A stretch of 64,000 bases of DNA from Eledone cirrhosa (taxonomy: Eukaryota), in contig OZ024743.1 in the NCBI GenBank assembly GCA_964016885.1, positions 131,378,001 to 131,442,000 on the forward strand, written 5' to 3'. Of the stretch, positions 12,201 to 24,210 are shown in pieces; position 1 is the stretch's first letter, and every line of letters starts with the position of its first letter. A program made the translations under genes and the position numbers. The notes under the pieces are model-generated. The model searched no databases. It had not been told where the DNA came from and saw only the letters and a list, made by a program, of their open reading frames with translations.

Positions 12201-14760
12201 TGCTTGGTGTTTGGTGTTTGGTGTTTGGTGTTTGGTGCTTGGTGATTGGTGTTTGTACTTGGTGCTTGGTGCTTGGTTCTTGGTGTTTGGTGCTTGGTGC
12301 TTGGTGTTTGGTGTTATATGCTTGGTGTTTGATGCTTGGTGCTTGGTGCTTGGTGCTTGGTGTTTGGTGTTTGGTGTTTGATGCTTGGTGCTTGGTGTTT
12401 GGTGCTTGGTGCTTGGTGTTTGTACTTGGTGCTTGGTGCTTGGTGCTTGGTGTTTGGTGCTTGGTGCTTGGTGCTTGGTCCTTGGTGCTTGGTGTTTGGT
12501 GGTTGGTGTTTGGTGCTTGGTGTTAGGTGTTTGGTGCTTGGTGCTTGGTGTTTGGTGTTTGGTGCTTGGTGTTTGGTGTTTGGTGCTTGGTATTTGGTGC
12601 TTGGTACTTGCTGCTTGGTGCTTGGTTTTAGGTGTTTGGTGCTTGGTGTTTGGTGCTTGGTGTTTGGTGTTTGGTGCTTGGTGCTTGGTGCTTGGTGTTT
12701 GGTGGTTGGTGTTTGGTGCTTGGTGTTTGGTGCTTGGTGTTAGGTGCTTGGTGATTGGTGCTTGGTGTTTGGTGTTTGGTGCTTGGTGTTTGGTGTTTGG
12801 TGCTTGGTGTTTGGTGCTTTTTGCTTGGTGCTTGGTGCTTGGTGTTTGGTGCTGGGTGCTTGGTGCTTGGTGTTTGGTGTTATATGCTTGGTGTTTGATG
12901 CTTGGTGCTTGGTGCTTGGTGTTTGGTGTTTGGTGCTTGGTGTTTGATGCTTGGTGCTTGGTGCTTGGTGTTTGGTGCTTGGTGCTTGGTGTTTGGTGCT
13001 TGGTGCTTGGTGTTTGGTGCTTGGTGTTTGGTGCTTGGTGTTTGGTGCTTGGTGCTTGGTGCTTGGGGCTTGGTGTTTGGTGGTTGGTGCTTGGTGCTTG
13101 GTGTTAGGTGTTTGGTGCTTGGTGCTTGGTGTCTGGTTTTTGGTGCTTGGTGCTTGGTGTTTGGTGCTTGTTGCTGGATGCTTGGTGTTTGGTGCTTGGT
13201 GATTGGTGCTTGGTGTTTGGTGCTTGGTGTTTGGTGTTTGGTGCTTGGTGTTTGTACTTGGTGTTTGGTGCTTGGTGTTTGGTGCTAGGTGCTTGGTGTT
13301 TGGTGCTTGGTGCTTGGTGTTTGGTGCCTGGTGCTTGGTGTTTGGTGTTTGGTGTTTGGTGCTTGGTGCTTGGTGTTTGGTGTTTGCTGTTTGCTGTTTG
13401 GTGTTTGTTGTTTGGTGTTTGTTGTTTGGTGTTTGCTGTTTGGTGTTTGGTGTTTGCTTTTTGGTGTTTGGTGTTTGATGTATGTTGTTTGCTGTTTGGT
13501 GTTTGGTGTTTGGTGTTTGGTGCTTGGTGCTTGGTGTTTGGTGCTTGGTGCTTGGTGTTTGGTGCCTGGTGCTTGGTGTTTGGTGTTTGGTGCTTGGTGC
13601 TTGGAGTTTGGTGTTTGGTGCTTGGTGCTTGGTGTTTCGTGTTTCGTGTTTGGTGCTTGGTGCTTGGTGCTTGGTCCTTGGTGTTTGGTGCTGGGTGCAT
13701 TGTGTTTGGTGCTTGGTGCTTGGTGCTTGGTGTTTGGTGTTTGGTGTTTGCTGCTTGGTGTTTGATGCTTGGTGCTTGGTGCTTGGTGTTTTGTGTTTGG
13801 TGCTTGGTGCTTGGTGCTTGGTGTTTGGTGCTTGGTGCTTGGTGCTTGGTGTTTTGTGTTTGGTGCTTGGTGCTTGGTGTTTGGTGCTTGGTGCTGGGTG
13901 GTTGGTGTTTGGTGCTTGGTGTTTGGTGCTGGGTGCTTGGTGTTTGGTGCTGGGTGCTTGGTGTTTGGTGCTTGGTGCTTGGTGTTTGGTGCTTGGTGCT
14001 GGGTGGTTGGTGTTTGGTGCTTGGTGTTTGGTGCTGGGTGCTTGGTGTTTGGTGCTGGGTGCTTGGTGTTTGGTGCTTGGTGCTTGGTCTTTGGTGCTTG
14101 GTGTTTGGTGCTTGGTGCTTGGTGCTTGGTGTTTGGTGCTTGGTGCTTGGTGTTTGGTGCTTGGTGCTTGGGGTTTGGTTTTTGGTGCTTGGTGCTTGGT
14201 GTTTGGTGTTTGGTGCTTGCTGCTGGCTGCTTGGTGTTTGATGCATGGTGATTGGTGCTTGGTGTTTGGTGCTTGGTGTTTGGTGTTTGATGCTTGGTGC
14301 TTGGTGCTTGGTGTTTGGTGCTTGGTGCTTGGTGTTTGGTGCTTGGTGCTTGGTGTTTGGTGCTAGGTGTTTGGTGCTTGGTGTTTGGTGCTTGGTGCTT
14401 GGTGCTTGGTGCTTGGTGTTTGGTGGTTGGTGCTTGGTGCTTGGTGTTAGGTGTTTGGTGCTTGGTGCTTGGTGTTTGGTGTTTGGTGCTTGGTGTTTGG
14501 TGTTTGGTGCTTGGTGTTTGGTGCTTGGTGCTTGGTGCTTGGTGCTTGGTGTTAGGTGTTTGGTGCTTGGTGCTTGGTGTCTGGTTTTTGGTGCTTGGTG
14601 CTTGGTGTTTGGTGTTTGGTGCTTGCTGCTGGCTGCTTGGTGTTTGGTGCTTGGTGATTGGTGCTTGGTGTTTGGTGCTTGGTGTTTGGTGTTTGGTGCT
14701 TGGTGATTGGTGTTTGTACTTGGTGCTTGGTACTTGGTTCTTGGTGTTTGGTGCTTGGTG
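2690..14760 (+). repeat. Higher-order duplication: ~2690-8140 repeated at ~9385-14760 (offset 6608-6692)
   Basis: ORF pairs 2784/9476 (6692), 4406/11014 (6608), 5582/12197, 6493/13108, 7630/14245 (6615) have near-identical translations. Confidence 0.92.
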
Positions 14761-14929
14761 CTTGGTGTTTGGTGTTATATGCTTGGTGTTTGATGCTTGG
14801 TGCTTGGTGCTTGGTGTTTGGTGTTTGGTGTTTGATGCTTGGTGCTTGGTGTTTGGTGCTTGGTGCTTGGTGTTTGTACTTGGTGCTTGGTGCTTGGTGC
14901 TTGGTGTTTGGTGCTTGGTGCTTGGTGCT

Positions 14930-17900
14930 TGGTGCTTGGTCCTTGGTGCTTGGTGTTTGGTGGTTGGTGTTTGGTGCTTGGTGTTAGGTGTTTGGTGCTT
15001 GGTGCTTGGTGTTTGGTGTTTGGTGCTTGGTGTTTGGTGTTTGGTGCTTGGTGTTTGGTGCTTGGTACTTGGTGCTTGGTGCTTGGTGTTAGGTGTTTGG
15101 TGCTTGGTGTTTGGTGCTTGGTGTTTGGTGCTTGGTGCTTGGTGCTTGGTGCTTGGTGTTTGGTGGTTGGTGTTTGGTGCTTGGTGTTTGGTGCTTGGTG
15201 TTTGGTGTTTGGTGCTTGGTGTTTGGTGTTTGGTGCTTGGTGTTTGGTGCTTTTTGCTTGGTGCTTGGTGCTTGGTGTTTGGTGCTGGGTGCTTGGTGCT
15301 TGGTGTTTGGTGTTATATGCTTGGTGTTTGATGCTTGGTGCTTGGTGCTTGGTGTTTGGTGTTTGGTGCTTGGTGTTTGATGCTTGGTGCTTGGTGCTTG
15401 GTGTTTGGTGCTTGGTGCTTGGTGTTTGGTGCTTGGTGCTTGGTGTTTGGTGCTTGGTGTTTGGTGCTTGGTGCTTGGTGTTTGGTGGTTGGTGCTTGGT
15501 GCTTGGTGTTAGGTGTTTGGTGCTTGGTGCTTGGTGTCTGGTTTTTGGTGCTTGGTGCTTGGTGTTTGGTGCTTGTTGCTGGCTGCTTGGTGTTTGGTGC
15601 TTGGTGATTGGTGCTTGGTGTTTGGTGCTTGGTGTTTGGTGTTTGGTGCTTGGTGTTTGTACTTGGTGTTTGGTGCTTGGTGTTTGGTGCTAGGTGCTTG
15701 GTGTTTGGTGCTTGGTGCTTGGTGTTTGGTGCCTGGTGCTTGGTGTTTGGTGTTTGGTGTTTGGTGCTTGGTGCTTGGTGTTTGGTGTTTGCTGTTTGCT
15801 GTTTGGTGTTTGTTGTTTGGTGTTTGTTGTTTGGTGTTTGCTGTTTGGTGTTTGGTATTTGCTTTTTGGTGTTTGGTGTTTGATGTATGTTGTTTGCTGT
15901 TTGGTGTTTGGTGTTTGGTGTTTGGTGCTTGGTGCTTGGTGTTTGGTGCTTGGTGCTTGGTGTTTAGTGCCTGGTGCTTGGTGCATGGTGCTTGGTGTTT
16001 GGTGTTTGGTGCTTGGTGCTTGGAGTTTGGTGTTTGGTGCTTGGTGCTTGGTGTTTCGTGTTTCGTGTTTGGTTTTTGGTGCTTGGTGCTTGGTGCTTGG
16101 TCCTTGGTGTTTGGTGCTGGGTGCATTGTGTTTGGTGCTTGGCGCTTGGTGCTTGGTGCTTGGTGTTTGGTGTTTGCTGCTTGGTGTTTGATGCTTGGTG
16201 CTTGGTGCTTGGTGTATTGCGCTTGGTGCTTGGTGCTTGGTGTTTGGTGCTTGGTGCTTGGTGCTTGGTGTTTGTACTTGGTGCTTGGTGATTGGTGTTT
16301 GGTTCTTGGTTCTTGGTGTTTGGTGTTTGGCGTTTGGTGTTTGGTGCTTGGTGCTTGGTGTTTGGTGCTTGGTGCTTGGTGTTTGGTGCCTGGTGCTTGG
16401 TGCTTGGTGTTTGGTGTTTGGTGCTTGGTGCTTGGTGCTTGGAGTTTGGTGTTTGGTGCTTGGTGCTTTGTGTTTTGTGTTTGGTGTTTGGTTTTTGGTG
16501 CTTGGTGCTTGGTCCTTGGTGTTTGGTGCTGGGTGCTTTGTGTTTGGTGCTTGGTGCTTGGTGTTTGGTGTTTGCTGCTTGGTGTTTGATGCTTGGTGCT
16601 TGGTGCTTGGTGTTTTGTGTTTGGTGCTTGGTTCTTGGTGTTTGGTGCTTGGTGCTTGGTACTTGGTGTTTGTACTTGGTGCTTGGTGCTTGGTGTTTGG
16701 TTCTTGGTTCTTGGTGTTTGGTACTTGGTGCTTGGTGCTTGATGTTTGGTGTTTGGTGCTTGGTGTTTGGTGCTTGGTGCTTGGTGCTTGGTGTTAGGTG
16801 TTTGGTGCTTGGTCCTTGGTGTTTGGTGCTTGGTGTTTGGTGTTTGCTGTTTGGTGTTTGGTGTTTCGTGTTTGGTGTTTGCTGTTTGGTGTCTGCTTTT
16901 TGGTGTTTGCTGTTTGGTGTCTGCTTTTTGGTGTTTAGTGTTTGCTGTATGGTGTTTGGTGTTTGCTGTTTGGTGTTTGGTCTTTGGTGCTTGGTGTTTG
17001 GTGCTTGGTGCTTGGTGCTTGGTGTTTGGTGTTTGGTGCTTGGTGCTTGGTGTTTGGTGTTTGGTGCTTGGTGTTTGGTGTTTGGTGCTTGGTGTCTGGT
17101 GCTTGGTGTTTGGTTTTTGGTGCTTGGTGTTTGGTGTTTGGTGCTTGGTGTTTGGTGTTTGGTGTTTGGTGCTTGGTGCTTGGTGTTTGGTGTTTGGTGT
17201 TTGGTGCTTGGTGTCTGGTGCTTGGTGTTTGGTGTTTGGTGCTTGGTGTTTGGTGTTTGGTGTTTGGTGCTTGGTGTCTGGTGCTTGGTGTTTGGTGTTT
17301 GGTGCTTGGTGTTTGGTGTTTGGTGTTTGGTGCTTGGTGCTTGGTGTTTTGTGTTTGGTGCTTGGTGCTTGGTGTTTGGTGCTTGGTGCTGGGTGGTTGG
17401 AGTTTGGTGCTTGGTGTTTGGTGCTGGGTGCTTGGTGTTTGGTGCTGGGTGCTTGGTATTTGGTGCTTGGTGCTTGGTCTTTGGTGCTTGGTGTTTGGTG
17501 CTTGGTGCTTGGTGTTTGGTGCTTGGTGCTTGGTGTTTGGTGCTTGGTGCTTGGTGTTTGGTTTTTGGTGCTTGGTGCTTGGTGTTTGGTGTTTGGTGCT
17601 TGCTGCTGGCTGCTTGGTGTTTGATGCATGGTGATTGGTGCTTGGTGTTTGGTGCTTGGTGTTTGGTGTTTGATGCTTGGTGCTTGGTGCTTGGTGTTTG
17701 GTGCTTGGTGCTTGGTGCTTGGTGCTTGGTGTTTGGTGCTTGGTGTTTGGTGCTTGGTGTTTGGTGCTTGGTGCTTGGTGCTTGGTGCTTGGTGTTTGGT
17801 GGTTGGTGCTTGGTGCTTGGTGTTAGGTGTTTGGTGCTTGGTGCTTGGTGGTTGGTGTTTGGTGCTTGGTGCTTGGTGTTTGGTGCTTTGTGTTTGGTGC

Positions 17901-20900
17901 TTGGTGCTTGGTGCTTGGTGTTTGGTGTTTGGTGCTTGGTGTTTGGTGCTTGGTGCTTGGTGTTTGGTTTTTGGTGCTTGGTGTTTGGTGTTTGGTGCTT
18001 GGTGCTTGGTGCTTGGTGTTTGTACTTGGTGCTAGGTGATTGGTGTTTGGTTCTTGGTTCTTGGTGTTTGGTGTTTGGCGTTTGGTGTTTGGTGCTTGGT
18101 GCTTGGTGTTTGGTGCTTGGTGCTTGGTGTTTGGTGCCTGGTGCTTGGTGCTTGGTGTTTGGTGTTTGGTGCTTGGTGCTTGGTGCTTGGAGTTTGGTGT
18201 TTGGTGCTTGGTGCTTTGTGTTTTGTGTTTGGTGTTTGGTTTTTGGTGCTTGGTGCTTGGTCCTTGGTGTTTGGTGCTGGGTGCTTTGTGTTTGGTGCTT
18301 GGTGCTTGGTGTTTGGTGTTTGCTGCTTGGTGTTTGATGCTTGGTGCTTGGTGCTTGGTGTTTTGTGTTTGGTGCTTGGTTCTTGGTGTTTGGTGCTTGG
18401 TGCTTGGTACTTGGTGTTTGTACTTGGTGCTTGGTGCTTGGTGTTTGGTTCTTGGTTCTTGGTGTTTGGTACTTGGTGCTTGGTGCTTGATGTTTGGTGT
18501 TTGGTGCTTGGTGTTTGGTGCTTGGTGCTTGGTGCTTGGTGTTAGGTGTTTGGTGCTTGGTCCTTGGTGTTTGGTGCTTGGTGTTTGGTGTTTGCTGTTT
18601 GGTGTTTGGTGTTTCGTGTTTGGTGTTTGCTGTTTGGTGTCTGCTTTTTGGTGTTTGCTGTTTGGTGTCTGATTTTTGGTGTTTAGTGTTTGCTGTATGG
18701 TGTTTGGTGTTTGCTGTTTGGTGTTTGGTCTTTGGTGCTTGGTGTTTGGTGCTTGGTGCTTGGTGTTTGGTGTTTGGTGCTTGGTGCTTGGTGTTTGGTG
18801 TTTGGTGCTTGGTGCTTGGTGCTTGGTGCTTGGTCCTTGGTGCTTGGTGTTTGGTGGTTGGTGTTTGGTGCTTGGTGTTAGGTGTTTGGTGCTTGGTGCT
18901 TGGTGTTTGGTGTTTGGTGCTTGGTGTTTGGTGTTTGGTGCTTGGTGTTTGGTGCTTGGTACTTGGTGCTTGGTGCTTGGTGTTAGGTGTTTGGTGCTTG
19001 GTGTTTGGTGCTTGGTGTTTGGTGCTTGGTGCTTGGTGCTTGGTGCTTGGTGTTTGGTGGTTGGTGTTTGGTGCTTGGTGTTTGGTGCTTGGTGTTTGGT
19101 GTTTGGTGCTTGGTGTTTGGTGTTTGGTGCTTGGTGTTTGGTGCTTTTTGCTTGGTGCTTGGTGCTTGGTGTTTGGTGCTGGGTGCTTGGTGCTTGGTGT
19201 TTGGTGTTATATGCTTGGTGTTTGATGCTTGGTGCTTGGTGCTTGGTGTTTGGTGTTTGGTGCTTGGTGTTTGATGCTTGGTGCTTGGTGCTTGGTGTTT
19301 GGTGCTTGGTGCTTGGTGTTTGGTGCTTGGTGCTTGGTGTTTGGTGCTTGGTGTTTGGTGCTTGGTGCTTGGTGTTTGGTGGTTGGTGCTTGGTGCTTGG
19401 TGTTAGGTGTTTGGTGCTTGGTGCTTGGTGTCTGGTTTTTGGTGCTTGGTGCTTGGTGTTTGGTGCTTGTTGCTGGCTGCTTGGTGTTTGGTGCTTGGTG
19501 ATTGGTGCTTGGTGTTTGGTGCTTGGTGTTTGGTGTTTGGTGCTTGGTGTTTGTACTTGGTGTTTGGTGCTTGGTGTTTGGTGCTAGGTGCTTGGTGTTT
19601 GGTGCTTGGTGCTTGGTGTTTGGTGCCTGGTGCTTGGTGTTTGGTGTTTGGTATTTGGTGCTTGGTGCTTGGTGTTTGGTGTTTGCTGTTTGCTGTTTGG
19701 TGTTTGTTGTTTGGTGTTTGTTGTTTGGTGTTTGCTGTTTGGTGTTTGGTATTTGCTTTTTGGTGTTTGGTGTTTGATGTATGTTGTTTGCTGTTTGGTG
19801 TTTGGTGTTTGGTGTTTGGTGCTTGGTGCTTGGTGTTTGGTGCTTGGTGCTTGGTGTTTAGTGCCTGGTGCTTGGTGCATGGTGCTTGGTGTTTGGTGTT
19901 TGGTGCTTGGTGCTTGGAGTTTGGTGTTTGGTGCTTGGTGCTTGGTGTTTCGTGTTTCGTGTTTGGTTTTTGGTGCTTGGTGCTTGGTGCTTGGTCCTTG
20001 GTGTTTGGTGCTGGGTGCATTGTGTTTGGTGCTTGGCGCTTGGTGCTTGGTGCTTGGTGTTTGGTGTTTGCTGCTTGGTGTTTGATGCTTGGTGCTTGGT
20101 GCTTGGTGTATTGCGCTTGGTGCTTGGTGCTTGGTGTTTGGTGCTTGGTGCTTGGTGCTTGGTGTTTGTACTTGGTGCTTGGTGATTGGTGTTTGGTTCT
20201 TGGTTCTTGGTGTTTGGTGTTTGGCGTTTGGTGTTTGGTGCTTGGTGCTTGGTGTTTGGTGCTTGGTGCTTGGTGTTTGGTGCCTGGTGCTTGGTGCTTG
20301 GTGTTTGGTGTTTGGTGCTTGGTGCTTGGTGCTTGGAGTTTGGTGTTTGGTGCTTGGTGCTTTGTGTTTTGTGTTTGGTGTTTGGTTTTTGGTGCTTGGT
20401 GCTTGGTCCTTGGTGTTTGGTGCTGGGTGCTTTGTGTTTGGTGCTTGGTGCTTGGTGTTTGGTGTTTGCTGCTTGGTGTTTGATGCTTGGTGCTTGGTGC
20501 TTGGTGTTTTGTGTTTGGTGCTTGGTTCTTGGTGTTTGGTGCTTGGTGCTTGGTACTTGGTGTTTGTACTTGGTGCTTGGTGCTTGGTGTTTGGTTCTTG
20601 GTTCTTGGTGTTTGGTTCTTGGTGCTTGGTGCTTGATGTTTGGTGTTTGGTGCTTGGTGTTTGGTGCTTGGTGCTTGGTGCTTGGTGTTAGGTGTTTGGT
20701 GCTTGGTCCTTGGTGTTTGGTGCTTGGTGTTTGGTGTTTGCTGTTTGGTGTTTGGTGTTTCGTGTTTGGTGTTTGCTGTTTGGTGTCTGCTTTTTGGTGT
20801 TTGCTGTTTGGTGTCTGCTTTTTGGTGTTTAGTGTTTGCTGTATGGTGTTTGGTGTTTGCTGTTTGGTGTTTGGTCTTTGGTGCTTGGTGTTTGGTGCTT

Positions 20901-21690
20901 GGTGCTTGGTGCTTGGTGTTTGGTGTTTGGTGCTTGGTGCTTGGTGCTTGGTGTTTGGTGTTCGGTGCTTGGTGCTTGGTGTTTGGTGTTTGGTGCTTGG
21001 TGTTTGGTGTTTGGTGCTTGGTGTCTGGTGCTTGGTGTTTGGTTTTTGGTGCTTGGTGTTTGGTGTTTGGTGCTTGGTGTTTGGTGTTTGGTGTTTGGTG
21101 CTTGGTGCTTGGTGTTTGGTGTTTGGTGTTTGGTGCTTGGTGTCTGGTGCTTGGTGTTTGGTGTTTGGTGCTTGGTGTTTGGTGTTTGGTGTTTGGTGCT
21201 TGGTGTCTGGTGCTTGGTGTTTGGTGTTTGGTGCTTGGTGTTTGGTGTTTGGTGTTTGGTGCTTGGTGCTTGGTGCTTGGTGTTTTGTGTTTGGTGCTTG
21301 GTGCTTGGTGTTTGGTGCTTGGTGCTGGGTGGTTGGTGTTTGGTGCTTGGTGTTTGGTGCTGGGTGCTTGGTGTTTGGTGCTGGGTGCTTGGTATTTGGT
21401 GCTTGGTGCTTGGTCTTTGGTGCTTGGTGTTTGGTGCTTGGTGCTTGGTGTTTGGTGCTTGGTGCTTGGTGTTTGGTGCTTGGTGCTTGGTGTTTGGTTT
21501 TTGGTGCTTGGTGCTTGGTGTTTGGTGTTTGGTGCTTGCTGCTGGCTGCTTGGTGTTTGATGCATGGTGATTGGTGCTTGGTGTTTGGTGCTTGGTGTTT
21601 GGTGTTTGATGCTTGGTGCTTGGTGCTTGGTGTTTGGTGCTTGGTGCTTGGTGCTTGGTGCTTGGTGTTTGGTGCTTGGTGTTTGGTGCT
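14930..21690 (+). repeat. Higher-order duplication, offset 3894: ~14930-17750 vs ~18830-21690
   Basis: ORF pairs 15093/18987, 15513/19407, 16195/20089, 16746/20640. Confidence 0.9.
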
Positions 21691-24210
21691 TGGTGTTTGG
21701 TGCTAGGTGCTTGGTGTTTGGTGCTTGGTGCTTGGTGTTTGGTGCCTGGTGCTTGGTGTTTGGTGTTTGGTATTTGGTGCTTGGTGCTTGGTGTTTGGTG
21801 TTTGCTGTTTGCTGTTTGGTGTTTGTTGTTTGGTGTTTGTTGTTTGGTGTTTGCTGTTTGGTGTTTGGTATTTGCTTTTTGGTGTTTGGTGTTTGATGTA
21901 TGTTGTTTGCTGTTTGGTGTTTGGTGTTTGGTGCTTGGTGCTTGGTGTTTGGTGTTTGGTGCTTGCTGCTGGCTGCTTGGTGTTTGATGCATGGTGATTG
22001 GTGCTTGGTGTTTGGTGCTTGGTGTTTGGTGTTTGATGCTTGGTGCTTGGTGCTTGGTGTTTGGTGCTTGGTGCTTGGTGCTTGGTGCTTGGTGTTTGTA
22101 CTTGGTGTTTGGTGCTTGGTGTTTGGTGCTAGGTGCTTGGTGTTTGGTGCTTGGTGCTTGGTGTTTGGTGCCTGGTGCTTGGTGTTTGGTGTTTGGTATT
22201 TGGTGCTTGGTGCTTGGTGTTTGGTGTTTGCTGTTTGCTGTTTGGTGTTTGTTGTTTGGTGTTTGTTGTTTGGTGTTTGCTGTTTGGTGTTTGGTATTTG
22301 CTTTTTGGTGTTTGGTGTTTGATGTATGTTGTTTGCTGTTTGGTGTTTGGTGTTTGGTGTTTGGTGCTTGGTGCTTGGTGTTTGGTGCTTGGTGCTTGGT
22401 GTTTAGTGCCTGGTGCTTGGTGCATGGTGCTTGGTGTTTGGTGTTTGGTGCTTGGTGCTTGGAGTTTGGTGTTTGGTGCTTGGTGCTTGGTGTTTCGTGT
22501 TTCGTGTTTGGTTTTTGGTGCTTGGTGCTTGGTGCTTGGTCCTTGGTGTTTGGTGCTGGGTGCATTGTGTTTGGTGCTTGGCGCTTGGTGCTTGGTGCTT
22601 GGTGTTTGGTGTTTGCTGCTTGGTGTTTGATGCTTGGTGCTTGGTGCTTGGTGTATTGCGCTTGGTGCTTGGTGCTTGGTGTTTGGTGCTTGGTGCTTGG
22701 TGCTTGGTGTTTGTACTTGGTGCTTGGTGATTGGTGTTTGGTTCTTGGTTCTTGGTGTTTGGTGTTTGGCGTTTGGTGTTTGGTGCTTGGTGCTTGGTGT
22801 TTGGTGCTTGGTGCTTGGTGTTTGGTGCCTGGTGCTTGGTGCTTGGTGTTTGGTGTTTGGTGCTTGGTGCTTGGTGCTTGGAGTTTGGTGTTTGGTGCTT
22901 GGTGCTTTGTGTTTTGTGTTTGGTGTTTGGTTTTTGGTGCTTGGTGCTTGGTCCTTGGTGTTTGGTGCTGGGTGCTTTGTGTTTGGTGCTTGGTGCTTGG
23001 TGTTTGGTGTTTGCTGCTTGGTGTTTGATGCTTGGTGCTTGGTGCTTGGTGTTTTGTGTTTGGTGCTTGGTTCTTGGTGTTTGGTGCTTGGTGCTTGGTA
23101 CTTGGTGTTTGTACTTGGTGCTTGGTGCTTGGTGTTTGGTTCTTGGTTCTTGGTGTTTGGTTCTTGGTGCTTGGTGCTTGATGTTTGGTGTTTGGTGCTT
23201 GGTGTTTGGTGCTTGGTGCTTGGTGCTTGGTGTTAGGTGTTTGGTGCTTGGTCCTTGGTGTTTGGTGCTTGGTGTTTGGTGTTTGCTGTTTGGTGTTTGG
23301 TGTTTCGTGTTTGGTGTTTGCTGTTTGGTGTCTGCTTTTTGGTGTTTGCTGTTTGGTGTCTGCTTTTTGGTGTTTAGTGTTTGCTGTATGGTGTTTGGTG
23401 TTTGCTGTTTGGTGTTTGGTCTTTGGTGCTTGGTGTTTGGTGCTTGGTGCTTGGTGCTTGGTGTTTGGTGTTTGGTGCTTGGTGCTTGGTGCTTGGTGTT
23501 TGGTGTTCGGTGCTTGGTGCTTGGTGTTTGGTGTTTGGTGCTTGGTGTTTGGTGTTTGGTGCTTGGTGTCTGGTGCTTGGTGTTTGGTTTTTGGTGCTTG
23601 GTGTTTGGTGTTTGGTGCTTGGTGTTTGGTGTTTGGTGTTTGGTGCTTGGTGCTTGGTGTTTGGTGTTTGGTGTTTGGTGCTTGGTGTCTGGTGCTTGGT
23701 GTTTGGTGTTTGGTGCTTGGTGTTTGGTGTTTGGTGTTTGGTGCTTGGTGTCTGGTGCTTGGTGTTTGGTGTTTGGTGCTTGGTGTTTGGTGTTTGGTGT
23801 TTGGTGCTTGGTGCTTGGTGCTTGGTGTTTTGTGTTTGGTGCTTGGTGCTTGGTGTTTGGTGCTTGGTGCTGGGTGGTTGGTGTTTGGTGCTTGGTGTTT
23901 GGTGCTGGGTGCTTGGTGTTTGGTGCTGGGTGCTTGGTATTTGGTGCTTGGTGCTTGGTCTTTGGTGCTTGGTGTTTGGTGCTTGGTGCTTGGTGTTTGG
24001 TGCTTGGTGCTTGGTGTTTGGTGCTTGGTGCTTGGTGTTTGGTTTTTGGTGCTTGGTGCTTGGTGTTTGGTGTTTGGTGCTTGCTGCTGGCTGCTTGGTG
24101 TTTGATGCATGGTGATTGGTGCTTGGTGTTTGGTGCTTGGTGTTTGGTGTTTGATGCTTGGTGCTTGGTGCTTGGTGTTTGGTGCTTGGTGCTTGGTGCT
24201 TGGTGCTTGG
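19530..24210 (+). repeat. Higher-order duplication, offset 2545: ~19530-21660 vs ~22080-24210
   Basis: ORF pairs 19588/22133, 20089/22634, 20640/23185, 21564/24109. Confidence 0.9.

Noticed and set aside
16292-18337. Hydrophobic WCLVLGA-repeat ORFs resembling membrane or Cys/Trp-rich proteins
   Set aside because: Same artefact on the G/T strand. All three frames give the same peptide and are interrupted wherever TGA/TAG variants fall.
20829-24110. 1093-aa ORF and other long TKHQAPS/TKHQTPN heptad ORFs, superficially mucin-like or Pol II CTD-like
   Set aside because: The consensus heptamer has no stop in any frame, so long overlapping ORFs arise in all frames. There is no unique domain, no codon-position bias, the 6-bp monomers shift frames freely, and the heptad does not match YSPTSPS.
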